From assembly GCF_001194135.2 (NCBI RefSeq), contig NC_068981.1:138978323-139042322 (forward strand): a DNA stretch of 64,000 nucleotides, given 5' to 3'. The position numbers and the translations under genes were made by a program. Below the pieces are notes generated by a model. That model made no database searches. It was not told the origin of the DNA and worked only from the letters and a program-made list of their open reading frames with translations. Source of the DNA: Octopus bimaculoides. Lineage: Eukaryota. Each line of letters opens with the position of its first letter. Positions within the stretch are counted from its first letter, which is position 1. Positions 43,921 through 58,900 of this stretch are shown here, one piece after another.

Positions 43921-46900
43921 CACATACCTATATTTATATATACGCATTACTTACATGCCCGTTTCAAAGTACGAGAACAAGTACACGCAGACAAAACATA
44001 TACACACGTATCTATCTATCCGTACACACACACACACACACCTGTGTGTGTGAGTGTATACTGTATGTATATATGTGTGTGTGTATACTGTATGTATATA
44101 TGTGTAGCTATGTATATACAGGTGCATGTATGCGTGTGGTGTGTATATCTCTTCTGAATTTATTTAGCTCTGCATTTAGCCACATTAATCATATATTGTT
44201 GGTAGTCGTCATACTTACAGTTAAAGAAAAAAAATCCAGAAAAAAGGGGCTTTGAACTGATTGTTCGAATTATAAAAAATAACCCTTTTCACTCTGTACA
44301 CATGCGTTCCCTTGAATAATGAACAAATCCTCAGCGCGGTGCTCAGCCTTTTACAAATAGCAACCAAATTTTCCCAGAAGTCACACCCTCCCCGTCTTTA
44401 AGAAGTGGGGAAAGACACATTAAAACTAATCTTAGTCTTCCATTCATACGTAAGATGCTTTGTAGGAATATTCCATCTATCTGTACTTGACAGGAATATC
44501 GTTTTATATATATCTCTGGAAGAATATTTAAAGCGCATTTGACCTCAGCTGTTCTAAATATCTTAAAAGGATGGGATGGCCACAGTTGAAATGTATTTGA
44601 TCGTCTAGGTCAGTCTGTTGGAGCAGGATTGACCTGGAAGTAAACAACGAAAAAAAAAATCTATTCGAAATTACGCACTGGAATTTCCAGTTATTTATAG
44701 ATCAGTGTTGACAGTCAAATTATCTGAAGTCTGTTATAGTTAATTTTGATTTTTAAATGGATTAAGATCCTTTTAAATGTCTGTCATACTCATGAGGTTT
44801 TATACGCCAAATTAGTTGGTTAGTGATTGGACTATATTCTCTTTTAACGATGTTCTTACACCTTTTCTTCTCGGATTTATTTATTTGTTTTCTTTTTTCT
44901 TATCTCCTAATTTATGTTTGTCAATATTTAGGGTATATTGTTCTTTGAGTGCGGCGGACTTTTTAAGTTCTCCGTTCAGACCCCATAGGAAAATCTCATC
45001 GTTTTTGGAACTGATAAAATAAATGGAGTTCTAGAGGGAAAGTCGATTAAGGTGATTACACCCCTGCGAACTAAAATGGGCGTGTGTGTGGACTTGTTGC
45101 TAAAATCAGAAATTGACATTTAAATCGATCCAACGTCGTAAATCTTATTCTGGATACCAGACCTATTAAAAGTTGCAAATTTATATCAAATCATTTCTTA
45201 CTGTATTTTTTATATTTTATTTATTATGAAAAGTAGGACACATTGGATTACATAGTCCTGCATATACGGGCAACATTTGATAGACGACTGGGCGTCAAAT
45301 CACAGGACATTTTGGCCGCAGTCTCCGACGGTGGTTCTCGCAATCTGCAGTTCTGCAGGCACTGAAGCTTGTTGCACTAAAATATCTGCTTCCTTATGCG
45401 AATACGCGGTCTCCAATTGGCCCATGCCAAACAACAAGCTTTTTAATACTAGATTAGAGAATTAGGTAATTTTTCAGATTAATACCCGCACGATTTTCAC
45501 TAGGGGGTTAGGGTTTTAGGGTTAGGATTAGGATTAGAGTTAGTGTTAGGGTCACGGTTTTATAGTCAGGGTTAGTGTTAGGGTTACGGTTTTATAGTTA
45601 GGGTTAGGTTTAGGGTTTTAGGGTTAGGGTTAGATAATTAATATCTATCATGGTTATCGAGGGCGGTGAGCTGGCAGAATCGTTAGTACGCCGGGCGAAA
45701 TGCTAAGCGATATTTCGCCTGCTGTTACGTTCTGAGTTCATATTCCGCCGAGGTCGACTTGCCTTTCATCCTTTCAGGGTCGATTAAGTAAGTACCAGTT
45801 ATGCACTGGGGTCGGTGTAATCGACTTTAATCCCTTTGTCTGCCCTTGTTTGTTCTCTCTATTATTTACCCCCCTGTGGGCAATAAAGTAATAAATATCT
45901 TTCATGGTTATCTTGTACTTAGTCTCTCTCTGGAAAAAAAAAATTTAAGTCAATTTAATTTTAAACCATTCCAAAGCTACTCGTCCACCATAGAAACGTC
46001 TCGAGTAAATTTTTACATTCATTCCCCTCCACTCGCTGTCTTAGTAAAGACTATTTCAAGATTTTTTCAAATTTTGAAAGTTTTGCAATACATTCAGAAA
46101 TTTTGCAGTCATTTATTAAAGTCGACAGAAGAATATGGACGTTGTTGTTTAGCTCCACAACAGGATTTCTTTCCGTTCCTCTTCAGTCTAAAGTGTTGTT
46201 TAAAACAGACTGCAGATTTGTTTGCTGTTTCGTTCTAACAGGTTGAGCGACTACGTAGAAGTTCAATCTTTTGTTGACGTACATGTTGTTAACATTGTGT
46301 TTTTTAGCTCCAGATCAGCTGTATATGAACAGACATATCAGAGGACGGCCCCTCCCATCTTTTTTTAAGGGGTATAGTACGATTCATGAGATATTTTTAG
46401 CAAGTCAAGCAACCACGTGTAGTCCGTCTTGTTGGTAATATAGATACGTATGGTTATATTGATATGCATATTTATTAGATATGTGTATTTATTAAACTAA
46501 CCTTCATTTTATATTTATATATTATCACTAAAAATTATTTTTCTCTGTGACCAAGGGTTTCGTCTGAAACGTCGACTTCTCGTCTTCCTCACGACATAAA
46601 ACTTATTCCACTGTGTGAATTATTGGTATTACTTTCTGCCGACGCAAAGCATCACAAGTTTCTTCAGATTCTGCTCTTTTAATTGGATATGCATTTATGT
46701 CTGTTATATTTCTGACATTATTACAAGTCAAGATTTAGGCGGCAAGATGGCAGAATGGTTAGCATGCCGAGCAAAATACTTAGCGGCATTTCGTCCATTT
46801 TTACGTTCTAATTTCACATTCCCCCGAGGTCGAATTCTCGACCAAGGTAAAGAATACGTACACCCGGTGGTTAGGGTTTAAGGCTAGGGTTTTTGTTAGG

Positions 46901-49900
46901 CCGAAAACGGGTGGTGTACGTATTCTTTTCCTCCGCCGACTTTTCATTTCATCCCTTGCGGGGTCAATAAAATAAGTACCAGTTGAGTAATTGAATTACT
47001 CCTTCTCCGAAATTTGCTGGCATTGTGCGAAAATTTGAAATCGTTATAAATCAAGAAGTAAAGGTGGTGATGGAGGGAAGACCTGTTTGCATTAACGTTC
47101 TAGGTTTCATAATCTTACTACATGGAGAAATTCCTTACTGAAAGCGTTTGAGCTTTACATTGAATCCACTGTAGTAGACGAAAATTTTTTTTTTAACTGT
47201 GACTTGTGAAGGCACGGAAAGAATCCCTTTCGTTCCTTCGACCATTTTTGTCATATAGCAATAAATATTAGTGATAATTATTAAGTACATTTTTGTTCCG
47301 ATATAATAGGTCCTCCTCTCTCTCTTTTTATTTTTTCAAGTTATCTTAAAAGACAGTAGGGTGTCATTTGAGGGAGGTATTTGGCTCTGGTTTTGCTGGC
47401 TTGAATATAGCTAATGTTTTCAACTTTGTTATTTGTTCCCATATTTCAAGTTTCTTGAGAATGTAAACAAAGCGAAACAAAATCATCTGTTTATAGGTAA
47501 CTATGAGTTGTTTAGTCTCCAGTAAAATCTTGATTGAGCTAACCTCTGTCTAAAGGCGTCCCAGCTGTAACCATGTCGTCTCTTTTCTCCCCAGACATAG
47601 CCGAGGATGTAAGTTGGGGAGCGAGAGTTGGTTGCTATTTCTAGCTCGCTCCTTCGTTGTGTATCAATGGGACATTGTTGTTTATAGTTCCATGCTAGTC
47701 AGTCTTTTTACGAGAAGACCTATGATGAAAGATGGCCCAGTTAGAACCGTTCCGTCTATGGAACAACTCTATTTTTATACAAACTCTGAAAAGTTATTTC
47801 TAATTTCTGGGAGACAGTTTGAAACTCGTGTAAATAAATAAACAGATAAATGAAAAAAGTTATTTGTTACAGACGCTGATCGCTTTTCCGCACCATTGAA
47901 ATAAAAGTCACGTAGTTCTAGTTTTTTTGTCCCTTGTCAGCTATGATCCAGGAGGTCTTTGATGAAAGGCATTCCAGTCATAGTTTATTCCGTTTAAAAC
48001 AACGAAACAAAACTAAGACACTGTTCTATTTTTTAGACGGTAGAAGGTAATTTGATGGAGATGTGTAGTTATTTTTTACGTTGAACGACTATTAGAGACT
48101 CAATCGTTGACTCATTGTTACGTCTCTGATAGTATCCACATCTTTACTGTTGTAGATTTCACGCTCAGATATGCTTGGCTACTTGTTTTGTGTGCAGTTT
48201 CGTAGACTCGACACTTACTCTTTCCACTGTCCAGTTTATTTTCTGTACAGTTGTTGCTCCAGGTCTGCCCAAATCGAGCTTCATTTCCAGTCTCTTTCAG
48301 GCTTTTAGGTAGCATTTTGGGTGTTGTGCAAAGTGCACCAATTGTTACAGGAATAATTGTCTTGACCTGAGTGTCCTCAGCTTTCTGGTTAGAACCAGAT
48401 CTTTCTCAAGTTTTTCAATTTCTTTGGTATCAACTTCGCTATCGCAAGGAAATTCCAAAATCTATGATCTTACACTTTTGGTTACTTAATGGTGTTCCAG
48501 CTGTGATCATTGCGTTTTTTTTTTAAACAGAACAGTGTGTGATATGGAGAGGCTGCTATTTCAAGCAGATCTAGCAACCAAGTAGAGTAGACCTCGTTGG
48601 TTCGTAGAACAGATTGAAGAGGAGACAAAATCTGATGTTGGTTAGCTGGGCTAAATTTGATCGTGGGTCCTGTCATTAATAAAATGTGCACCCTCGCACA
48701 GAGCTTCTGTTTATTAAAACGATAAATATTTCAATGTGTAATGTTTTCTTCTGTTGGTCTGGGCTGAATGACAGTAATACATTTTTATTATTACGCCAGT
48801 GAAGGTAGAGGACAGGCAGAATCGTTAGCACAAACCCCTTCAGGTAGATGACCCTGCTCGATCTGTAGAAAAGGCGTAGGTAGAAACTCTATAAGATGTA
48901 CCCAGTGTAAACTATGGACACATAAGAGGTGCAGCAATATCAAAGTAAAGCTAACTAGGAAGATAGTTTTTGTATGTGGCAGATGCTCAGGAGCAATAAA
49001 CACTGAAAATGTGCAAAGAACAACTTCTGCCACATTCCAGGGGAAAAACTAGAAGTAATTGATAGTTTCCATTACCTAGGTGACCAAGTCAGTGGTGGGG
49101 GTGGGTGCTCTGAAAGTGTAGCTACTAGAATAAGAATAGCCTGGGCAAAGTTCAGAGAGCTCCTACTTCTGCTGGTGACAAAAGGCCTCTCACTCAGAGT
49201 AAAAGGTAGACTGTATGATGCATGTGTACGAACAGCCATGCTACATGGCAGTGAAACATGGGCCATGACTGCTAAGGACATGCGTAAGCTTGCAAGGCAC
49301 AAAGCCAGTATGCTTTGCTGGATGTGTAATGTCAGTTTGCATACTCGACAGTATAAGGTCCTTGAGAGAAAAGTTGGACCTAAGAAGCATCAGAGGTGGT
49401 GTGCAAGAGAGATGACTGCGCTGGTATGGTCATGTGGTGTGAATGGATGAGGATAGCTGTGTGAAAAAGTGTCACACTCTAGCGGTTGAGAGAAACTGTG
49501 GAAGAGGTAGACCCAAGAAGACCTGGGATGAGGTGGTGAAGCACGACCTGCGAACATTAGGCCTCACTGAGGCAATGACTAGTGACCGAGACCTTTGGAA
49601 ATATGCTGTGCTTGAGAAGACCCGGCAAGCCAAGTGAGACCATAACCCGTGGCCTCTGCCAATGGAGTAACCAGCTCACTTAGGTGTACCTTTCTTTCAT
49701 TGGATGCTAAACTCTGCTTGCGAAGACCTGTTGAGGCAAGTGAAATTGAAATCAAATTCGATGACAGCACTGCATGACTGGCATCCGTGCTAGCGGAGAG
49801 CTAAGAGCACCATCCGAGCATGATTGTTACCAGGGCTGCTGGTGGCACATAAAATGCGCCATTCGAGCATGATCGTTACCAGCGTTGCCTTACTGGCACT

Positions 49901-52900
49901 TGTGCCAGTGGTACGTGAAAAACAGCATTTGAGCAAGGGCGTTGCCAGTGCCACTGGACTGGCTCCTGTGCAGGTGACACGTAAAAACGTCATTTGAGCG
50001 TGGCCGTTGCTAGTACCGCCTGACTGGCCCTCGTGCCGGTGGCATGTAAAAGCACCCACTACACTCAGATTGGTTGGCGTTAGGGAGGGCATCCAGCTGT
50101 AGAAACTCTGCCAGAGAACAACTTCCACCACATTCCAGGGAGAAAAACTAGAAGTAGTTGATAGCTTCAAATCAAATTTGCAAATTCGATGACTGGCATC
50201 CGTGCCAGTGGAGCGCTAAGAGCACCATCCGAGCGTGATCGCTGCCGGAGCAGCTGACTGGCTTCCATGCTGGTGGCATGTAAAAAGCACCATTTGAACG
50301 TATTATTCTCAGCTACTGAAACGGAGAGGGGCGGCTGGTATACATGGGCAACTGTTGGTCTTCTACAAACAACCTTGCCCAGACTTGTTCCTTGGAGGGA
50401 AACTTTCTAGATGCAACCCCATGGTCATTCATTACTGAAGGGGGTTTTTACTTTTATACAATATCTGGACTTATAAAAATTTGATAGTGAATGTGCAAAT
50501 GATTTCTCATTTATTTAAAAATAAAACGTAAAAAACAAAGGCACAAGGTTTTCTGCTACTATAGGGTTCACAATAATATTTGAAACCATAAACATTTACA
50601 AAACTCTTCAAATATTTGCCAACACAGTAATTATAAACATTAACTATTTAGCATTTAAATGAGCCATATCCAGCCCAAAGTTTTCTATGTGTTTCATGTG
50701 CAAACTGATCAGATCTAGTCTCTCACACCTACCCGACAATGTCATTAAAAACATAATCACATCACTGAAATCTCAAAGCTACAAGATAATGCATGATTAA
50801 TACAAATCAATGTGGTTAATGCCAATATCCCCTGACTGGCTCCCTATGTTGGTGGCACATAAAAAGCACTATCTGAATATGATTGGTGCCAGGGCCACCT
50901 GACTGGCTCCTGTGCCGGTGGTACATAAAAAACACCCAATACATTCTTGGAGTGGTTGGCGTTAGGAAGGGCATCCAGCTGTAGAAACATTGCCAGATCA
51001 GACTGGAACCTGGTGCATCTGCTGGCTTACCAGACCTCATCAAGCCGTCCAACCCATGCTAGCATGGAAAACAGACGTTAAACAATGATGATGAATGTGA
51101 ATGAATATGTATTACATTTGACAGAGCAATCTGAATGCTAAAGGTTTAAGTGAACACTTGTGGACTCGAGTGTAGCATTTTGTTTTTTATAATTCTTCCA
51201 ACATGGACTCTTTGTTTGTTTGTTGCCAAGAGTATTGTAAAATACCAGGTGGGTCACTGTTCAGTCAAAATAACACATGTCGACACAATGAAAAGGATGG
51301 AAGATTTAAAAACAACAAAATGGAAGCCTGTGCTGAAGCTGCAGTATGCTTGAAGCCTTGCAGAATAAGTGGGAACATTAGTGTTACGGAAGGCTGTAAG
51401 CAATGAGAATCAAACATTAAATGTCAATAACATTATCAAATATATTGTAATGTCACCTTATAACTTTTTAATTAGTCCTGATATCTCAAGTAAACTACTA
51501 TTAAAAAAAAAAAAAAAGAAAAAAATTTTTTTTTTCAAGTGTTAAAAATCAATAGAGTAGTATATCTGTTATTTTTGCATACCTGCATGTTGTGATCAAA
51601 AGACCATGTGTGATGAGTTATGCAGTTTTTGGCTGTGGATTGTGCTCCATGGACTAGTATATTTGTGAGGAATTGAGTCACATTATCATACATGGTGATT
51701 AAGAGCTACTACTTCTCATTCAAGTTAGTTTGGTTTTTTTAATCAGAATGGTTACTTCAGTCCACAGTGTTCTATATTATGGGCTGTAGCTATGATGGTG
51801 GTTGTGAAGTGCTGGTTCTTAATAAATGCAGGTGCATCTGTCAAGGTGTTTCTTTAATTTAGATGTATAATGGCTGAATTGTGTTACACAATGTAACATT
51901 GCAAACATGTGTTAATATTGTAGATGTGGAAGTTAGTGCTCATAGATTTCTGTTGTTGATGAGCCATTTCTGAGTAGACCAGCTGCATATTTAGTCGTGC
52001 TTGATTGACTGTGTTGATGGCAGTGGTTGTATTTTTGTTGAAGTCCAGTAATTTCAAGGAACAAGCATTTAAAGAGTTTCCGTTTCCTGGGCTTGTAGCC
52101 ATGAAGGTAAGGAATACTGAGTATCCACTGACCTCCAGCACCTTTTTGGAAATTTTGTGGTATGGATGGCCTGATCTTTTAGCTCAGTGCATTTATTCTG
52201 GATACAGATAAGTTCAGTGTGATGTGTACCAACTAATATGAAGTGAATGAACAGATTTCTGGTGGCACAAGTCCATTGCAATTTCTATTTAAAGTTTTTG
52301 TGTATTGATTCTCTTGGAGCTTATCTTGTCTTTCTTTTATACTGTTATACAGTTGCCTCTGCTTCTCAGAGCTTCATCAGCCATTTCTGATTCACTTAAC
52401 TTCTCTCATCATCTATATTGTCAACACCCCAGGCCATACATCTTACCCATTCCTTCTCTTGGAACTTTGACTCTCTGGAATTTCATATCTTGTCATGTTT
52501 TCTCGTAGCCATTGACTTTCAACAGTCACTATTGTTGCAAAGGCCATGGGCAGAGTTCCTTCCAAACTAAAAGAAGGTGTACAACTGAGAGGGAATCCAG
52601 TCATAGAAAATCTGCTTCAATGAACTCTGTTTGATCTATGGAAGCATGGGAATGAAACTTTAAAATGATGATGATGGTGGTGTCAAAGAATAGTGACGAT
52701 AGGTTTTATAATGTTAAAGATAGTTCACTGCAAGTTTGTGTTTTGGAAGTTGTCAGATATTTTTAGAGGTGTGTCATGAGAGATGAAGTTAAAAATTGTT
52801 TTGCTGTTAATGGTTGTCAGAAATGCGTGTATAAAAGAATTTATTTTTAAGCTGTCCTATAGTGTGGTGTTCAAGGATCTGAGTTGGAAAGAGGAATCTG

Positions 52901-55900
52901 CAGATTGATGTCAAGGGCAAGTCATTTCAGGAATTGCATGTGGGGGTGGGAAGGTGATGCATCTGTGTGTTGTTGCTTTTGTTGTTTTGTTTTAGAATTG
53001 TTATATAATGTTGCTCAATTTCCAGATCTTTTGCAGTGTTTGACTAGATGAGCACAGTTTGAAGGTGTATATTTGTGATTTTGCCAAGCTTTGAAGGTTT
53101 TTTTCCTTTTATTTTTTGGTTTTTGTATTTCTCTATTGCTTTTGTTTCTGATGGAAGGTATATATTGTGTTGTGTTATATCTTGCATTTGTATTTCTGTG
53201 TACCCTTTGTGGCTTTTATCTTATGTGAGTTAACTTGCTATTGGTGTATGGGTGTGTTACTTGAAGTTGTCATGTGCAAGGTTGTGTGGCTGTTGTTGAC
53301 TTTGTATGATTTGTTACTGCTTGTTTTGTGGTTTATATCCATCATGAATGTTTGCCTGTTGTAGGATATTTTTTAATTGGCCTATAATTGTTTTATTGTA
53401 TATATTGTGATGTTACTGGTCTTGTTTAGCCTCTGGTCAACCCTGATTGAATAAGTATTCCAGTCACGAACATCCTGTCACTTTAGTGGTATCTTGGACT
53501 ACATTATCCTGTGTCCTTTCAGGGAGTTTTTAACTGCTATTTCTTGGAGAATAAACAACCACATAGCTGGTTCATGCAATGTCTGTATTGGTTATTGTTC
53601 AATCTCAGGTCGTCCGTGAATGAACAAAGAAAGCATTCCAGCTTCCCCTTAAGTATTGATATATAGGATTACATTATCCAATGTCTCCTTTGCTAGATTA
53701 TAGGGTGTAATTAAAGGATAGTTGGTTGCATTTTCTAACAAGGGGCTCCTTCATTAGCTTGTGTAGGGTCTATATTGTTGATTATTGTAATTTTAAATTC
53801 TGGGATTGGTAAACTTATTGTTTTTTAAAGTTTGTGCCTATATATTTGCTTGATTTGTTCAATCTGCTGTGGTGATGATGGACTGTTAATTGGAGGAGAA
53901 TTATGGGGTTGTTTGTCGGCTGGTTGTAATAAGTAGGTGCATGGAGTGGAAAGTAATGTCTGGAGACAAGTTGCAGTTAACTTGGTGAGGTATGTGGGTG
54001 GGTTGTTTAGGTTATAAATAACCTACTTTTAATGTAATTGTGCCTCCACTTATGTTATCTGCTTTGTTTTTGTACCAGGATGTGTTGTGTACATGAAATT
54101 TTACGTGTAGTCTGGTGGGGCAGTTAGTGAGGTTATTCTTGGTATTTTACTTGTTTCAGTCATTTGAATGCAGCCATGCTGGAGCACTGCCTTTTAGTCG
54201 AACAAATCAACCCCAGGACTTATTTGTTGTAAGCTTGGGACTTATTCTATTGGGATGTAGCAATATTAATAGTTTCATCAAAGTAGATATTGTGAGCTTT
54301 AGGAGAGGAACATTAAAATATTGTAATACCCTTGGTTTTACTACAGGTGAAATGTTACTGTTAATATAATAATAATAATATTTTATTGCATTGGTACATG
54401 GCTGCACATAGTTATAGAGCAGGATTATAGTCAACTAAATACAACAAATATTCATTTTATCAACTGTGGAGATATGAACTCGGATTGTAGGCTAATGAAA
54501 CTTTTTTATAAGTTTAGTCAGAGGAATTAGGATGGGCAACATCTGTGATCCTTTGCAGGATGTCTGAGACTGGTGAGAATAAGGGAGAAAGTTATACTAA
54601 GACCAGAGTTTCGACTGGAATGTTTGTAACTAGATGCTACTTCTGTTGATTATTTCTTTTTAATTATTCCGAGTTGTTATAATTTGTCCAATTTCCAGTT
54701 TTTTTTTGTAGTTTGAATGACTAGTTAAGTTGTTGGTGAGCCACATAGGTTTTAGGTCTAGGTCTATGTACTTTTGTGAAAGGGCCAGGTGTAAGTGCCT
54801 ATCTTCTAAACCAGGGGTTTTCAAACTGTGGTCCCTGGACCACAGGGGGTCCGTGGACAGCAAATACTTTTTATGGGCAATTTGATTTTATATGTTTTTT
54901 AATCGAAATCTTTTAATTGACAATAAACCTATTTGTTAAATACTGTTAAAAATAAATAAATGTAAAAATATGTTATCTTAAGCAAATATTTATGTATAAA
55001 TTTCATAAGCGTTTATAAGGTAAAGTCTGAAATATAAAGGTCCGCAAGTCAAAAAGTTTGAAAACCCCTGTCCCAAACCACATACTAAAATGCGTTTAGT
55101 GCAGTACTCTTCCTTCTCAGTGTCATCTTACCACATTTAGATTTTGTAGAAGGGCAAATGACAAGTAAATTAATTGTAGTATGTTGTTATTAATACATTT
55201 TGCATCCCATGTCCTGTCCACTCAAAATTATGACAAACCTGAGTGATTTTTATTTCCTGTTGTGTATATCATGGTTTTAGAATTGGTATCCCTGCATGTC
55301 ATTAGGGGTAGCTAAAAGGGCTGGCATCAAGAAGAGCATTTGGTTATGCCGAAATGGAAAAGCAGATGTAACAATGACGATGTCTTCTGATTCCTTCATC
55401 TGCACATTAACAGATATGAAGTTTATTCTTCATGTATGATGTCTATTGTTATACTTGTGTGAAAGATTTTGTAAATGAAAAGGATTTTCATTTACAAAGT
55501 CTTTTCTTCACTTGTCAGAGCAAAACATGTCTGGAGTTGTCTTAATCTGATAAAAACAATATTGTTTTTTTCTTCATTGCTTAATTATTCCAACTCAGCC
55601 TTTTAATGCTCTTTACATTAAATATATTAGCAATAACATACTCATTGATGTTGTAAATGAATGGATCTCTGATTTATTTTATTCTTTCATATTGAGTGAA
55701 ATGCTGGCTTAATAGCAAATTGATAATTTTGTTACCAACTTCATTGGCAATTTAATGACAGCCTTCTATTTTTTTTAACATGGCAACGTGGGTTGGATAC
55801 ATTATATTACCAGTTGTAACAAACTTTTGTCACCTTGGTTTCTTTCGTTTCATTCTCAGCATTTGGGACTTTTTCACTTTGCAGCCATTGTCTACAGCAG

Positions 55901-58900
55901 TGGTTCTTAATACGGGTAGTAACCTCCCCACGGGGGTGTTGTGAGTTCATGAGGAACAGCAAATGTTAAGGGAATAACATTTGCTGTGGGGGTTGCTGAG
56001 TGTTTAGAGGGCATATTTCTTAGAAATAGAATATTTAAACCAAGTACAGTACTTATTCACAAAAAGTCTTTGTCACAATTAAAATATCAATATAACATTG
56101 GGTAATGAGTGAACATATGGACAGTACCACTATCCATATGATTTCATTATAGAAGTCTTTGCCTTCTTCAATCAATGATAAAGCATTGTGAAAAATTAGC
56201 TTGTTTGGCCAAATATTGGGAGGAACCACTTGTAAAATGCCCTTCTGTGAAAGATGGTGCTGGGTTATAAACGGTTGAGAACCACTTGTAAATGTCCATA
56301 TAGTTGTCTCTCCAGCATGCACTGTCCAGTGTTATCTCAGTTAATTTGTGCTCCTTATTTTATGCAGTTTAATATTCTTTTCTACTCTAGACACAAGGCC
56401 TGAAATTTTTTGGGGGAGGAGGCCAGTCGATTAGATCAACCTCAATATGCAACTGGTACTTAATTTATCGACCCCAAAAGGATGAAAATCAAAGTCAACC
56501 TTGGCAGAATTTGAACTCAGAATGTAAAGACAGATGAAATACCACTAAGCATTTCGTCCGGTGTGCTAACGTTTCTACCAGCTTGCCGCCTTAAATTTAT
56601 GCAATTTAATATTGCACATCCAATGGAGTATATGTGACTCACTTATCTGCAACTCCTACAGCTTTTTTGCATTCAATAATCATCACCATTTTAACATCAA
56701 CTTCTCCATGCTTGCATGGGTCTGGGTTTCTTTACCTTACAGCCATGCCTATACCTGTGTTAACATTGTTTACACAGTATCAAATTCTTACCTATTTTTT
56801 TCCCTTCATATTGAACCTATCATAGAATTTAAACTCCTAATTTAGGAATAAGTCAATATACACAGCACATTCTTTTGCAAAACCAGTACAGAGAACACAA
56901 GTAGGAAGACAGTAGTTATATCACACTGAAACTATTTATACTAAACAACCGAGATGGTATCAGAAATTTCTTCTTTTACTAACTAGCACTTTTAATTTTT
57001 GCCGTGTTGACTATTGGGCCGTTGTCCTTTTATAGTTCTAAGGGGTCCATACCACATTTTTCAGAGCTACCTAAAATGCAGCTGGGACATATAGGTGGTA
57101 CAGAGGTTTCTAAGGAATAATAGGCAAGTTCAACTGCTGATTTTACTTAAAAAATACACATGTTGGGGTTTTGCAACAGGAAGTGCTATTGGCTACAGAA
57201 AGTCCACCTCAATAACTTCCTTCTAATTCATACCAGCATGGAAGAGTAAACTTAAAAAAAGATGTTAACAAGCATGCAATTAACTTTGTCATTATCCTCA
57301 TATGTCATTCTTTGTGCTAATGCAATATGATAAATATTGATCATTACATTACATAACTATAGTTTTGTGTACTATCTAACCACTAGAAATACAAAACTAA
57401 TCACAGAACAAGAACAGCATTGAATAACCTATGTCTTAGATATTTTGCAATGACTTTTGCTTATACACCATTTAATTTGCCTAAAAATGGTTGTTTTTGT
57501 AAGCTACTACAACTACTTCCATTTTTATATAATACAGCTGCAATTAATAAACATTTTGCAAATGGTGAAATAACTTCCATTTTCAGCTAATAACATGTAT
57601 GAGGGGTTATGCATAGGCTCAGATTAAAACCTTGAGTGAAAAGAAAAAAAAAAAAAGTGGACCTCTGTCCAAATTGAAAATTCTTCTCTGCCCGAGTTGA
57701 AAATTCTTCTCTGCCCGAGTTCTCCTCTGTCCGAGTTGAAAATTCTCCTCTGCCCGAGCTCTCCTCTGCCTGAGTTGAAAATNNNNNNNNNNNNNNNNNN
57801 NNNNNNNNNNNNNNNNNNNNNNNNNNNNNNNNNNNNNNNNNNNNNNNNNNNNNNNNNNNNNNNNNNNNNNNNNNNNNNNNNNNNNNNNNNNNNNNNNNNN
57901 NNNNNNNNNNNNNNNNNNNNNNNNNNNNNNNNNNNNNNNNNNNNNNNNNNNNNNNNNNNNNNNNNNNNNNNNNNNNNNNNNNNNNNNNNNNNNNNNNNNN
58001 NNNNNNNNNNNNNNNNNNNNNNNNNNNNNNNNNNNNNNNNNNNNNNNNNNNNNNNNNNNNNNNNNNNNNNNNNNNNNNNNNNNNNNNNNNNNNNNNNNTC
58101 TCCTCTGCCCGAGTTCTCCTCTGCCCGAGTTCTCCTCTGCCCGAGTTCTCCTCTGCCCGAGTTGAAAATTCTTCTCTGCCCGAGTTCTCCTCTGTCCGAG
58201 TTGAAAATTCTCCTCTGCCCGAGCTCTCCTCTGCCTGAGTTGAAAATTCATACTTATGATGTGACAAAATTTCTTTTCCAAATTAAGTAACTTGATCTGA
58301 TGAAGTAATATACACACAATCTATTTTGATCTGACTTGTAATGTAACATAATCACTGAAACAGACCCAAGTTAGTAATTACACAGTAATGGTGTAATATC
58401 AGTATTTTCATTGAATTTGCCATTTACCAGCTGTCGTGTATGCATGGACTTATAATATTGGATATGGTATTGTCTTCACTAGCTTTTGTTAAGTGCCAGA
58501 TCAGCTCTTATTAAGCAGGCTTTTAATTAAGGGCATTCCAGCCTTCATCATCCTTTTCTGTATATCAGAGATTATTATACCTATTAATGTATCTTTTTTT
58601 GTAGCTTTCATTATATGTTGTCTTCATGTAGAGTATTTAAGGTGTGTTGATCTGGCAGAATTCTGCTTAGCTTAAGAATCTTGCATCATATTGACTCAGC
58701 AATTTTAAAAGTTTGTTTTGCAACCGTTTGGTTTTGAGTTTGATTCCACTATGTAGTACCTTAGGCAATTGTGTTCTACCATATATCCTGGTTCACCTAT
58801 GTCTTGTGAGTGAAACTTGGTTGACTGAAACTGTTGAAAGCCCATCGTATACATATTTGTGTGTTTAGATTTTGATTGAAAAATCCATTTTCTAATAAAA

